From Myxococcota bacterium (GTDB lineage: Bacteria; Myxococcota_A; UBA796; CAJQPC01), in the NCBI GenBank assembly GCA_036229005.1, contig JAZAMN010000071.1:1-64000 (forward strand): a stretch of 64,000 nt of DNA, written 5' to 3'. This document shows positions 34,023 through 43,900 of the stretch, in pieces. The translations under genes and the position numbers were made by a program. The notes beneath the pieces are model-generated. The model ran no database searches, was not told the DNA's origin, and saw nothing but the letters and a program-made list of their open reading frames with translations. Within the stretch, counting starts at the first letter, position 1. Each line of letters starts with the position of its first letter.

Positions 34023-35689
34023 TTCGCGGCCAGCAGGTCGCGGGCGGTGCGCAGGAACTCCTGGATGTTCAGGGGCTTGTTCAGGAAGGCATCCATGCCC
34101 ACCTGCGCGGCCCTCTCCCGGTCTTCGGGCATCACGGAGGCGGTCAGCGCGATCACCGGCAGCTTGGGGGCGACGCCCTCGCGGAGCTTCAGGGTGGCCT
34201 CGAAGCCATCCATGACCGGCATCTGGCAGTCCATGAGCACAAGGTCAAAGGGGTGAGCCCGGACGGCGCGCACGCCCTCCAGCCCATTGTTCGCCACCGT
34301 CACCTGCGCGCCCAGGCGCCGCAGCGTCGCCTCCGCCACCTTCTGGTTGACCGGGTTGTCCTCGACGACGAGCACCCGCAGACCGGGGGGGAGGCTGGAG
34401 AGATCCGGGGCGTTGGGCCCAGGTGTCCCGTTGGACGGGGTCTCCTCCTCCTCCTCCTGGACCTGGGTGGCGAAGGCGCTGCGGGCCGGGGCCGGGAGGG
34501 TGATGGTGAACGTGGAGCCTTCCCCCAGGCAGGACTCGACCTCCAGGCGGCCTCCCATGCGCTCGACGATGCGGGAGACGATGCTCAGGCCCAGGCCCGC
34601 GCCGCCGTAGCGCCGCGTGTGGGAGAGATCCGCCTGGGTGAAGGGCTCGCAGAGGGTGGGCAGGGCCTGGGGCTCGATGCCGATGCCGGTGTCACGGACG
34701 ATGATGCGGAGCGCGTCGTCCCGGTGCTCGATGCGCAGCTCGATCTCGCCGTCGTGGGTGAACTTGACGGCGTTGGAGAGCATGCGCTCCAGGATCTGGG
34801 CCACCCGGCGGGGGTCGATGCGGACCTTGGGGGGCGCGTCGCTGCACACCGAGTAGCGCAGGCTCAGGCCCTTGGCCTCGGCCCGGTCGGCGGCGTCCCA
34901 GACCAGCTCGCCGGCCAGCCGGCGGGGGTCGATCCACACGGGCCGGAGCTCCAGCTTGCCGCTGTCGATCCGGGCGTAGCCCAGGATGTTGTCGACCAGG
35001 CTGAGGAGCTGGCTGCCGGAGCGGGTCAGGGCGTCCAGGAAGTCCTGCTGCTCGGGGTCCAGCTCGCTCTGCTCCAGCAGCCTGGCCATGCCCAGCACGC
35101 CGTTGATGGGGGTGCGCAGCTCGTGGGACATGGTGGCCAGGAAGCTGTGGCGGGCGGCGAACGCGCGCTCGGCGTGCTCCTGGGCGACCCGGGCCTCCTC
35201 CATGCTGGTCCGGAGGCGCTTGCGGCGGCGCTTGAGGCGGTCGGCGAGCTCCTGGGAGTCCTGCAGCGAGACGTCCAGGGTGTGGATCAGGGTGACCAGC
35301 TCGGCGGTGGCGTCGTGGGGGGCGAGGTCCTCCAGGGACAGGCCCAGCACGCTCATCAGGGAGAGGCTGCGGATCTCGGGCGAACACAACAGCAGCGCGC
35401 CCCCGTCCTGCACGACCCACTGGCCGCGCAGCTTGAGCGGCAGGCTGCGCAGGCGCAGGTGGAAGCCCTCGCGGCGGTAGGTGGGGATGTCGTGGGTGGT
35501 GATCTGGTCCCGCTGCGGCCAGAGCAGCTCGAAGCGCTCGTTGATGGGGCCAGCGGGGATGCCCCCCAGCTTGGACCACCCCTGGCCACCGCCGACCACG
35601 CGCAGCTCCGCGTCGATCAGCAGGTAGAAGGGGAAGGCAGCGCTCAGGGACGCGCCCTCCAGGCAAGGCCGGGGACCGGGTGAGGTCAT
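33941..35689 (-). CDS. HNOBA(PAS)-HisKA-HATPase-receiver hybrid kinase, copy 2
   Basis: AFPFYLLID..LKLRGQW..SPEI..DLAPHDAT; MSHELRTP; DLVLMDCQMP. Confidence 0.9.
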   Translation of the reverse strand: MTSPGPRPCLEGASLSAAFPFYLLIDAELRVVGGGQGWSKLGGIPAGPINERFELLWPQRDQITTHDIPTYRREGFHLRLRSLPLKLRGQWVVQDGGALLLCSPEIRSLSLMSVLGLSLEDLAPHDATAELVTLIHTLDVSLQDSQELADRLKRRRKRLRTSMEEARVAQEHAERAFAARHSFLATMSHELRTPINGVLGMARLLEQSELDPEQQDFLDALTRSGSQLLSLVDNILGYARIDSGKLELRPVWIDPRRLAGELVWDAADRAEAKGLSLRYSVCSDAPPKVRIDPRRVAQILERMLSNAVKFTHDGEIELRIEHRDDALRIIVRDTGIGIEPQALPTLCEPFTQADLSHTRRYGGAGLGLSIVSRIVERMGGRLEVESCLGEGSTFTITLPAPARSAFATQVQEEEEETPSNGTPGPNAPDLSSLPPGLRVLVVEDNPVNQKVAEATLRRLGAQVTVANNGLEGVRAVRAHPFDLVLMDCQMPVMDGFEATLKLREGVAPKLPVIALTASVMPEDRERAAQVGMDAFLNKPLNIQEFLRTARDLLAANYSVGAVGDPVSSPVDGSSEVSGVVSG

Positions 35690-36246
35690 GCTGCCCGTTG
35701 TGAGGCGATGCGGAGTTCGAAGACATCCAGGGGGGCCCCCTCCGAGCGGCGCTCGCTCCAGACGACCTCGCCCTGGACCCCCTTGAGGCGCATCAGGGAG
35801 CGGAACACGCCGACCACGAAGCCGCCGAGGCCGTCGCGCTCGGAGTGGTACTCGATGCGGAACACCCCCTGCTCGGGCCCGTGGACCACAAAGCTGGGGG
35901 GGCGCATCTGGGGCATGGAGGTGCGGACCCGGCGGTGCATCTGGCCCAGGTTGCGGAGCACGTCCTCGAGGCTGCCCTGCTCCAGATTCAGGATGGGGCC
36001 GAAGCCGCGCATCCGGGTGTAGGTGGTCCAGTACTCCCCAAAGTGGATCAGCACCTCTTCGGCGCTCATCCCCTTGTACTCCGCGATCGCGACGACCAGC
36101 TTGACGGTGAGGGCGTCGGGGTAGCTCTGGAGGCTGACGAAACCGTCGATGTCGACGTCCGCCGACTCCAGGATGTCGAGCCAGACCTCCTCGCCGTGCT
36201 CCCGAAGGATGAGCTCCTCAAGCCCGCGATTGACGATGCCGTACAT
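35686..36246 (-). CDS. H-NOX heme NO-binding protein, copy 2
   Basis: MYGIVN start, proximal His (LGQMH), P..RPPSF and YHSER (YxSxR). Confidence 0.93.
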   Translation of the reverse strand: MYGIVNRGLEELILREHGEEVWLDILESADVDIDGFVSLQSYPDALTVKLVVAIAEYKGMSAEEVLIHFGEYWTTYTRMRGFGPILNLEQGSLEDVLRNLGQMHRRVRTSMPQMRPPSFVVHGPEQGVFRIEYHSERDGLGGFVVGVFRSLMRLKGVQGEVVWSERRSEGAPLDVFELRIASQRAA

Positions 36247-36328
36247 TCGTTCGACCTCCACCAACGGGGATCGACGCAGCCTGCCTCGGACTGAATCAAA
36301 GTAGGGACAAATCCCAAGGCGCGGGCGC

Positions 36329-38326
36329 TCACCCGAGCAGCGCCAGCCCCCGCGGGCGCAGGACCTGGGCCATGGTCCGCTCCAGCTCCTCCATCCGCAC
36401 CGGCTTGTGGAGCACCGCCGACATGCCCACTGCGAAGGCCCGCTCGCGGTCCTCGGGCATCACCGACGCGGTCATGGCGATGATCGGGGGCGCGCTCGCG
36501 CCCCGCTCCGCCAGGATCTGTTCAGTGGCCGTGAACCCGTCCATGACGGGCATCTGCACGTCCATCAGGATCAGGTCGAAGGGGAGCTCCGCGGAGAGCG
36601 CCACCGCGTGCAGACCATCCGGGGCCAAGGTCGCGTACACCTCCAGCCGCTTGAGCATGGCCAGGGCCACCCGCTGGTTGACCGGGTTGTCCTCGACCAG
36701 CAGCACCCGCAGGCCCGCGCAGGGGCTGGCGGACTGGGGCTCAGGGGCCTGGGGGATCACCCCGCCCAGCACGTCCCGGATCTGCTCCGGGCGGCAGGGG
36801 AAGCTCAGGTGGCCGCCCAAGCCCTCCGCGGCCTGGCGCGCCTGGGCCGCGTCCGCGAGGTCGGCGATCACAAAGCAGCGCTCCGGGGGGGCCTGGCCGG
36901 TGAGCTCCGCCAGCGGGTGCACCAACACCGCGGCCCAGCGGCGCTCCGGGAGGTTGCGCAGCGAGTCCACCGCGACCACCTCCGCGCCCATGTCCCGGAG
37001 CTGAGAGGCCCAGGCCAGCCGGGTGCGGGACCGGCGCTCGACGACAGCGACGGGGCCGTCCAGGAGCAGCCGCGGGCAGCGGTACTGGCCCTTGCCGGGG
37101 GCATTCAGGTGGAAGGAGAAGGTGGCCCCCTCTCCCAGGACGGAGCGCACCGAGATCCCGCCACCCATGGCCTCGCAGAGCTGCCGGGAGATGCTCAGCC
37201 CCAGCCCCGTGCCGCCGTAGCGGCGGGTGGTGGACAGGTCGGCCTGGGTGAAGGGCTCGAAGAGCCGCTCCTGGCGCTCCGGGTGCAGCCCGATCCCGGT
37301 GTCCCGGACCTGGCCGTGGAGCGCGCCGTCGATGTGGTCCAGCGAGACCTCGACGTAGCCCTTCCGGGTGAACTTGAGGGCGTTTCCGACCAGGTTGAGC
37401 AGCACCTGCCGCAGGCGGGTGGGGTCGGTGTGGATCTGGGCCGGGACCCGCGCCCGCACATCCAGGAGCAGCTCCAGCCCCTTGGCCTGGGCCTTGGGCG
37501 CCAGGAGCGTGACGACCTCCTCGGCCAGGGCCCGGGGATCCACATCCCGCAGCTCCAGGCCCAGCTTGCCGGAGTCGATCTTGGAGAAGTCCAGGATGTC
37601 GTTGATGATGTGCAGCAGCCAGGTGCCGGAGTCCCGCAGGGTGCCCAGGAGCTGCCGCTGTTCGCTGTCCAGGTCGGTGCCGTCGAGCAGCTCCCCCATG
37701 CCCAACACGCCGTTGAGGGGGGTGCGGATCTCATGGGACATGGCGGCCAGGAAGGCGTAGCGGGCGGCCGCGGAGCGCTCCGCCTCGATGCGGGCCTGCT
37801 CGGCGACCTGCAGGGCCTCTTCAGCCACCCGCTGCGCCTGCTCGGCCTCCTTTCGGGCCGCCTGGAGGCGCCGGCGGCGCTCGGAGAGCCGGGAGGCGAG
37901 CACCCGGGAGTCCTCCAGCGAAGCGTCCAGGCTCTGCACCAGCACCAGCAGCTCGGAGCTCGCGTCGTGGGGGGCGATGTCGCTGATCTGCAGGCCGCTC
38001 TGGCTGAGCTGCTCCAGGGAGCGGACCGCGGGCGAGAGCAGCAGCACCGCGTAGTCCTCGCGGGTGAGGATCTGTCCTCGCAGGCGCAGCTCCGTGTCGC
38101 GGAGCTGAAGGAGCACCGTGGTGTCGCGGAGGTGGGCCAGGGTGTCCCAGGAGAGCACAGCCCCCTCGGGCCTGAGGACCTCGAAGCGCTCCAGCAGGCC
38201 GCCCTGGGGGACCCCGAGACGATCCCACCCGGGCCCCGCGCGCAGGATCTCCAGCGCCGGATCCACCCGCAGGAAGAGCGGGAAGACCCTGCCGAGCTCG
38301 TCGTGGCCCAGACCGAGGGGGGTCAC
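36329..38326 (-). CDS. HNOBA(PAS) hybrid histidine kinase, copy 1
   Basis: VFPLFLRVD..LRLRGQI..GLQISDIAPHDAS; MSHEIRTP; degenerate middle receiver and an intact terminal receiver. Confidence 0.92.
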   Translation of the reverse strand: MTPLGLGHDELGRVFPLFLRVDPALEILRAGPGWDRLGVPQGGLLERFEVLRPEGAVLSWDTLAHLRDTTVLLQLRDTELRLRGQILTREDYAVLLLSPAVRSLEQLSQSGLQISDIAPHDASSELLVLVQSLDASLEDSRVLASRLSERRRRLQAARKEAEQAQRVAEEALQVAEQARIEAERSAAARYAFLAAMSHEIRTPLNGVLGMGELLDGTDLDSEQRQLLGTLRDSGTWLLHIINDILDFSKIDSGKLGLELRDVDPRALAEEVVTLLAPKAQAKGLELLLDVRARVPAQIHTDPTRLRQVLLNLVGNALKFTRKGYVEVSLDHIDGALHGQVRDTGIGLHPERQERLFEPFTQADLSTTRRYGGTGLGLSISRQLCEAMGGGISVRSVLGEGATFSFHLNAPGKGQYRCPRLLLDGPVAVVERRSRTRLAWASQLRDMGAEVVAVDSLRNLPERRWAAVLVHPLAELTGQAPPERCFVIADLADAAQARQAAEGLGGHLSFPCRPEQIRDVLGGVIPQAPEPQSASPCAGLRVLLVEDNPVNQRVALAMLKRLEVYATLAPDGLHAVALSAELPFDLILMDVQMPVMDGFTATEQILAERGASAPPIIAMTASVMPEDRERAFAVGMSAVLHKPVRMEELERTMAQVLRPRGLALLG

Positions 38327-38868
38327 TGGAGGGTCACCTCGAAGATCTCGTGAGGGGCGCCCTCGCTGCGCTTGGCGGTCCAGCGGATCTCCCCCTCCAG
38401 CTCCTTGACCTGAAGGAGGCCGCGCAGCAGCCCGGCGACCATGGGGCCCAGGCCCGCCCGGTCGCTGTGGTAGTGCATGCGGAGCTGCTTGGGGCCCAGA
38501 CGCTCCGCGGTGAAGCGCGGCGGGCGCAGCTCCGGCATGGTGTCCGCGACCCGGCTGTGCATCTGGTCCAGATCCTCCAGGAACTCAAAGAGCTCCCGGT
38601 TCTCCAGGTTCATCAGGGGGCCGTAGCCGCGGCTGCCGACGTACTGGATCCAGTAGACGCCGAAGGCCTCCAGCAGGTCGTCCGCCGGGATGTCCAGGGT
38701 CTCCGACGCGGCCCCGACGAGCCGGTAGGTGATCTCATCCGGGTAGGGGTCCATGGAGATGAAGCTGTCGGCGTCGACGCCGGCCCGGTCCACGATCTGG
38801 AACCAGGTGTCCTCGCCGAATTGCTTGCAGACCAGACCCTCGATCGCTTTGTTCACCAGTCCGTACAT
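38323..38868 (-). CDS. H-NOX heme NO-binding protein, copy 1
   Basis: MYGLVNKAI, LDQMH, PELRPPRF and YHSDR. Confidence 0.95.
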   Translation of the reverse strand: MYGLVNKAIEGLVCKQFGEDTWFQIVDRAGVDADSFISMDPYPDEITYRLVGAASETLDIPADDLLEAFGVYWIQYVGSRGYGPLMNLENRELFEFLEDLDQMHSRVADTMPELRPPRFTAERLGPKQLRMHYHSDRAGLGPMVAGLLRGLLQVKELEGEIRWTAKRSEGAPHEIFEVTLQ

Positions 38869-38934
38869 GGGACCTCCAGCCGCAAGATACGGCCGGACAT
38901 CTCTTCAGCCTGAGCGAAATCCGGCGAGCGGCCT

Positions 38935-40821
38935 TCAATCCCGCCGGCGGAGCAGCATCACACCAGCCAACAGCGCGAGCACGCCACCAAAGGCCCCCGC
39001 GGGCGCCTGGGTGCTGGAGCAGGTTGCGCCCGATCCGCCCGAGTAGAGGCCGTCGACGCCGCTCAGGGGGCTGGTGTCCTGGGTGGTCCCGCTGTCCTGG
39101 GGATCGCTGTCCTGGGGCTGGCCGGTGTCGCCCGAGTCCCCGGTGTCCTGGGGCTCGCCCGTGTCGCCAGTGTCCTGGGGCTCGCCCGTGTCGCCGGTGT
39201 CCTGGGGATCGGCGTCGTCGCTGGGGTCCAGGGGGTCGCTGCCGTCGCTGACCTCGTCGCCGTCGGACTTGCCGCCGCCATCCGTGTCGGCGTTCAGGGG
39301 ATCGGTGCCGTGGCTGTTGACCTCCTCGCCGTCGCTGAGGCCGTCGCCGTCGGAGTCCGGGTTGTCCAGGTCGGTGCCCAGCGCCCGCTCCTCGTCGTCG
39401 CTCAGGCCGTCGCCGTCACGGTCCCCGGAGCCGGGCAGGTCGTCGCTGCCGTCCAGGGGGTCCGTGCCGTCGCGCAGCACCTCGGTGCCGTCGGCCACGC
39501 CGCCGTCGTCGGTGTCGGTGTCCAGGGGGTCGGTGCCGTAGGTGTTGACCTCTTCCCCGTCGTCCAGGCCGTCGCCGTCCGTGTCCGCCGCGTTGGGATC
39601 GGTGCCGTGGGTCTTGACCTCGTCGCCGTCGCTCAGGCCGTCGTCGTCGCTGTCCGCGTCGTTGGGATCGGTGCCCTCGACGTTGACCTCGCGCCAGTCG
39701 TTCAGGCCGTCGTCGTCGGAGTTCTTGTCCAGGGGATCGGTCCCATGGGTGTTGACCTCCTCGCCGTCCGTGAGGCCCTCGCCGTCGGTGTCCTCATTCA
39801 GAGGGTCGGTGCCGTAGGTGTTGACCTCGTCGCCGTCGCTCAGGCCGTCGCCGTCGGTGTCGGGGGCGTCCGGGTCGGTCCCGTAGGTGTTGGCCTCGTC
39901 GTCGTCGTCCAGGCCGTCGCCGTCGCTGTCCACGCCGCCGTCGTAGCCATCACAGTCCTCGTCGATGCCGTTGGCGTCGATCTCCGTGGCGCCCGGGTAC
40001 ACAGTCGCGTCGGTGTCGTCACAGTCTCCGTCGTTCGGGGTCAGCCCGTCCTCGTCGAAGTCGTAGCAGGGGATGTCGCCGCCGCTGGAGACCGTCAGGC
40101 CAAAGCCGCTGGCCTCGAAGTCGGTGTCCTCCTCCAGGGTACCGGTCAGGCCGTTGGGGCCGCTGTCCGTGGCGGTGGTGGAGCCGGTGGCGTCGTCCAT
40201 GTTCCACAGGGCGTAGATGCCGGGCTCGCCGCCGGTCAGGGCGTAGTCCATCAGGCAGGAGACGGTGTCGGCGTCGTGGGCGCGCTCCCAGATCCGCACC
40301 TCGTCCAGCGCGCCGACCAGGTAGTCGGAGCTGTAGGAGCCGGCGGTGTCCATGTCCGTGCCCAGGCCCCACTCGTCGGTGCTGGACCAGGTGACCGCGC
40401 CGCTCAGGGTCAGGGTGTCCGTGGCGACGCCGTCCACGTAGAGCGTCACGTCGGTCCCATCGACCACCACGGCCAGGTGGGTCAGGTCGTAGTCGGCGTA
40501 GGAGGTGGCGTCGCAGATGGCCTCGGTCCCGTCCGTGCAGGAGCCGCCCTCGCTGGCGTTGACGTCGTTGAACTCGATCTGCCAGTTGCCGGAGACGTAG
40601 CCCACGTAGAACACGTTCTGGGCGGTGCTCGGGTCCACGACCTCCAGGATCGTGTCGTAGTTGGACTCGGCGTAGGTCTCGAAGGAGGCCCAGGCCTCCC
40701 ACGTGAAGCTGGTGCCCGGGTTCAAGCCGGTCCCCAGGTCGATGCGATCGGCGTCCCCGCCAAAGGCGGCCTGGTTTCCAGAGGCGTGGGCGGCGCCTGC
40801 GAAGAGGGCGAGCAGGAACAT
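38935..40821 (-). CDS. Surface protein: LamG domain, MopE-like motif, TSP3-like Ca-binding repeats and MYXO-CTERM-like tail
   Basis: GALDEVRIW; GDCDDTDATVYPGATE..NGIDEDCDG; GTDPxxxDTDGDGLSDG repeats; tail of Cys, TM helix and RRR. Confidence 0.85.
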   Translation of the reverse strand: MFLLALFAGAAHASGNQAAFGGDADRIDLGTGLNPGTSFTWEAWASFETYAESNYDTILEVVDPSTAQNVFYVGYVSGNWQIEFNDVNASEGGSCTDGTEAICDATSYADYDLTHLAVVVDGTDVTLYVDGVATDTLTLSGAVTWSSTDEWGLGTDMDTAGSYSSDYLVGALDEVRIWERAHDADTVSCLMDYALTGGEPGIYALWNMDDATGSTTATDSGPNGLTGTLEEDTDFEASGFGLTVSSGGDIPCYDFDEDGLTPNDGDCDDTDATVYPGATEIDANGIDEDCDGYDGGVDSDGDGLDDDDEANTYGTDPDAPDTDGDGLSDGDEVNTYGTDPLNEDTDGEGLTDGEEVNTHGTDPLDKNSDDDGLNDWREVNVEGTDPNDADSDDDGLSDGDEVKTHGTDPNAADTDGDGLDDGEEVNTYGTDPLDTDTDDGGVADGTEVLRDGTDPLDGSDDLPGSGDRDGDGLSDDEERALGTDLDNPDSDGDGLSDGEEVNSHGTDPLNADTDGGGKSDGDEVSDGSDPLDPSDDADPQDTGDTGEPQDTGDTGEPQDTGDSGDTGQPQDSDPQDSGTTQDTSPLSGVDGLYSGGSGATCSSTQAPAGAFGGVLALLAGVMLLRRRD

Positions 40822-40995
40822 GGGATCTCCTTGAGGGATCCCAGCCTATCCGCATCGTCGGTACACCCGCGAGTCCACTTGAGGCCTGCAAGGGACAGCG
40901 GAAGGAGTGTCGCCGACCTGACAGCCCCCGGTGCAGCCGTCCCAGATCGGCCTCAACTTCCGGCGATCGCGACCGATGCGCGGCCAGGAGTGCCC

Positions 40996-43900
40996 ATGCC
41001 CAAGCCGCCCGCCGTCTGCTACGTCCTGGCCGACTACCCCGTCCTCAGCCAGACCTTCGTCCACGCGGAGATGGTCGCGCTGCGGGCCGCCGGGGTGCGC
41101 GTGGGGGTGGTGTGCCACCGGGCGGGGGATCCCACGATCCGCTTCGGAGACGGGCCCGACGGGGCGCCCTTCCCCATCCTGCACAGCGACCTCTCCCAGA
41201 CCCAGGCCCTGGACGCCGTCCTGGCCGACTTCGACCACCTGCACGGGCACTTCGCCGACTTTGGCCTGCGGGTGCTGCAGGAGATCGCCGAGCGCACGCG
41301 GACTCCCTTCTCGTTCATGTGCCACGCCTACGACCTCTTCCGCCGAGACGCCGCCGTCACCATGGAGGACTGGCAGACCCTCAGCCCCCTGTGCACCAAG
41401 GTCGTCACCATCTCCCGCTTCCACCGGGACTTCATCGCCACCGCCGGCGTGGACCCCGAGCGCATCGCCATCGTCCCCAACGCCGCCCGCCTCAGCGGCC
41501 TGATCCACAGCGCGCCCCCCGCACCCACCCAGCTCAAGCGCATCCTCGCCGTGGGCCGGCCCACCCCCAAGAAGGGCTTCGGCGTGCTCCTGGAGGCCTG
41601 GAAGCGGGCCAAGAAGCACGCGCCGGAGCTGGAGCTGGAGATCATCGGGACCCAGGTCCCCAACAAGCCCCTCCCCAGCGGACTCCACCTGTCGGGACTG
41701 CGGCCCTACGGCGAGGTGCTGCGTGCCATGTCCCAAGCCGACCTCGTGGTCGCCCCCAGCGTCGCGGCGCCCAACGGCGACATGGACGGCATCCCCACCG
41801 TGCTCGCCGAAGCCGGCGCCCTCCGCCGCCCGGTGATCGCCTCCCGCATCGCCGGCATCCCTGACCTGGTCGCCCCAGGCGTCAACGGCCTGCTGGTCGA
41901 GCCCGGCGACCCCCACGCCCTGGCCATGGCCCTGGTGCGCCTCGCGCAGCGCCCCTCCGAGCTCACCCGCATGGGGGTCAGCGGTCCGCGCCTGGCGGCC
42001 TGCCACGACGCCGAGATCGCCGCGCAGAGGTTGATCCGCGACGTGTTCTCCTCGCCGGCACCCCGCAGCGCAAAGATCTTGGTGGCGGACAGCTTCTCGT
42101 CGGCGAACCGAGGTGACGCAGCCATCCTGGAGGGCATCCTCTCCGGCCTCAGAGAGCGCCTGCCGGACGCCCAGCTCCAGGTGATCTCCCACCAACCCCA
42201 GGTGGGCCGCAGCTTCCACCCCGGCGTCGAGTTCATCGGGGACAACGACCCCATCGCCATGGCCCGCGCCCTGGTCGACACCGACTTGGTGGTCTCCTGC
42301 GGGGGCAGCTTCCTCAACGACCTCTACGCGCTGAACCTGGGGCCCCGCCTGGCCTTCTACCAGGCCGCCCACCGCGCCGAGATCCCCGTGGTGTTCTTCG
42401 CCCAGTCCATCGGCCCCCTGGACAGCCCCCTCTCCCGCATGGCCACCCGCGAGGTGCTGGACCAGGCCGCCTGGATCGTCGCCCGCGACCCCGCCTCCGC
42501 CCGCATCGTGCGCGAGCTGGGCGTCGGAGCCCCCATCCACCAGGGCGTCGACGCCGCCATCCTCCACCCCCTGCCCCAGGAGAAGGAGGAGCGGACCCTG
42601 CCCACCCTGGGGGTCACGGTTCGCCACTGGCACTTCCCGGGCCACCCGGACCCCTCAGCGCTCCAGTCCGCCTACGAGGACAACGTCGCCCAGGCCTGCC
42701 AGCGCTGGCTGGACGCGACCGGCGGGCGGATCCGGCTGCTCTCCAACTGCACCGACCTGGGCGGCTACCGCCAGGACGACCGCCTGACCGCCCAGCGCGT
42801 GGCCGACCGGATCCGCGGGGACGTGCGCCTGGAGCGGGACCCCGCCATCTCCTTCCAGGCGCTGCGCGAGCAGGCCGGCGCGTGCGACTTCTTCCTGGGC
42901 ACGCGCATGCACTCGCTGATCTTCGCCACCACCGCCGGGGTGCCCGCGGTGGGGGTCGCCTACGAGTTCAAGACCCCGGAGTACCTGGGCATGTGCGGCC
43001 TGGAGGGGCTGTCCGTGGACATCGCGGACTGCGCGGGCCTGCCGGAGCTGCTGATGAAGGCCTGGGCCCACCGGGACAGCCACCGCGCCAACCTGTTGGC
43101 GGCCCTGCCCGAGCTCCAGGAGCGCGCCCACGAGCAGCTCGACACCCTGGCCGCGATCGCCAAGGGCAAGCGCATCGCCCGCCCCCGCTCGGGGACCAAC
43201 GGCCAGGCCGGCTGGCAGGGCGAGACCTTCAAGTACGACACCGCCCACCGGCGCCTGCGCAAGGTCGTCGACACCGTGCTGGGCGAGGGCGGCCGGCGCG
43301 TGCTGGACGTGGGCTGCTCGACCGGTCTGGTGGGCCGCATGCTGGGCAAGCCCTTCGACTACCAGGGCGTCGACATCTCCCACGCCGTGGTCACCGGCGA
43401 GCCCCGCTTCCGCATCCAGCAGGCCGACCTGAACCAGCAGCCACTCCCGGCGTTCAATGGGCGCTTTGACTCCGTCGTCTGCTCCGGAAGCCTGGAGTAC
43501 CTCGATGACCTCGCTGGCACCCTGCGGCAGCTCCGGGAGCGCGCACAGCCAGGGGCTCTGGGGGTGTTCACCCTCTACAACCTGAGCCACTTCGCCCGCG
43601 CGACCGGCCGCGCCAGCCGACACCCCACCTGGCGCTTCCAGGCCCGCCCCGACGAGCTCGTCCTGGCCCTCTACGAGGCCGGCTGGTCCCCCCAGCGCCT
43701 CAGCGCCAGCGCCGCTGGATATGGCCCCTCCCAGGCCGTCAACGCCGAGCACCCCACCGACTGGGACCGCTCCGGCAGCGCCCAGCTCCCCCCCCACCGG
43801 CTCGTGCGCCTGGGCCACCAGATCGTGGTCGTCGCCCGCGCCGTGGCCCCCCGCCCCGGCCCCCAGGCCATCGAGGATCTGGCCGGCCAGGGCAAGCTGC

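Noticed and set aside
36262..36275. GTCGATCCCCG(CG)TTG motif shared with 63604-63619, upstream of H-NOX copy 2 and of the MNIO substrate gene
   Set aside because: Only two imperfect copies in GC-rich DNA, at different distances from the starts; it cannot be distinguished from chance without a genome-wide count.
39090..39210. 27-bp tandem repeats and the GTC/GCC-rich repeats at 46.8-49.6 kb as DNA elements
   Set aside because: They are explained by coding repeats (QDTGDTGEP, DxDGDG) with synonymous variation.
39310..40995. N-terminal part of the 1651-aa ORF
   Set aside because: It is antisense to the LamG/TSP3 gene; the GT fusion starts at ATG 40996 after an RBS.
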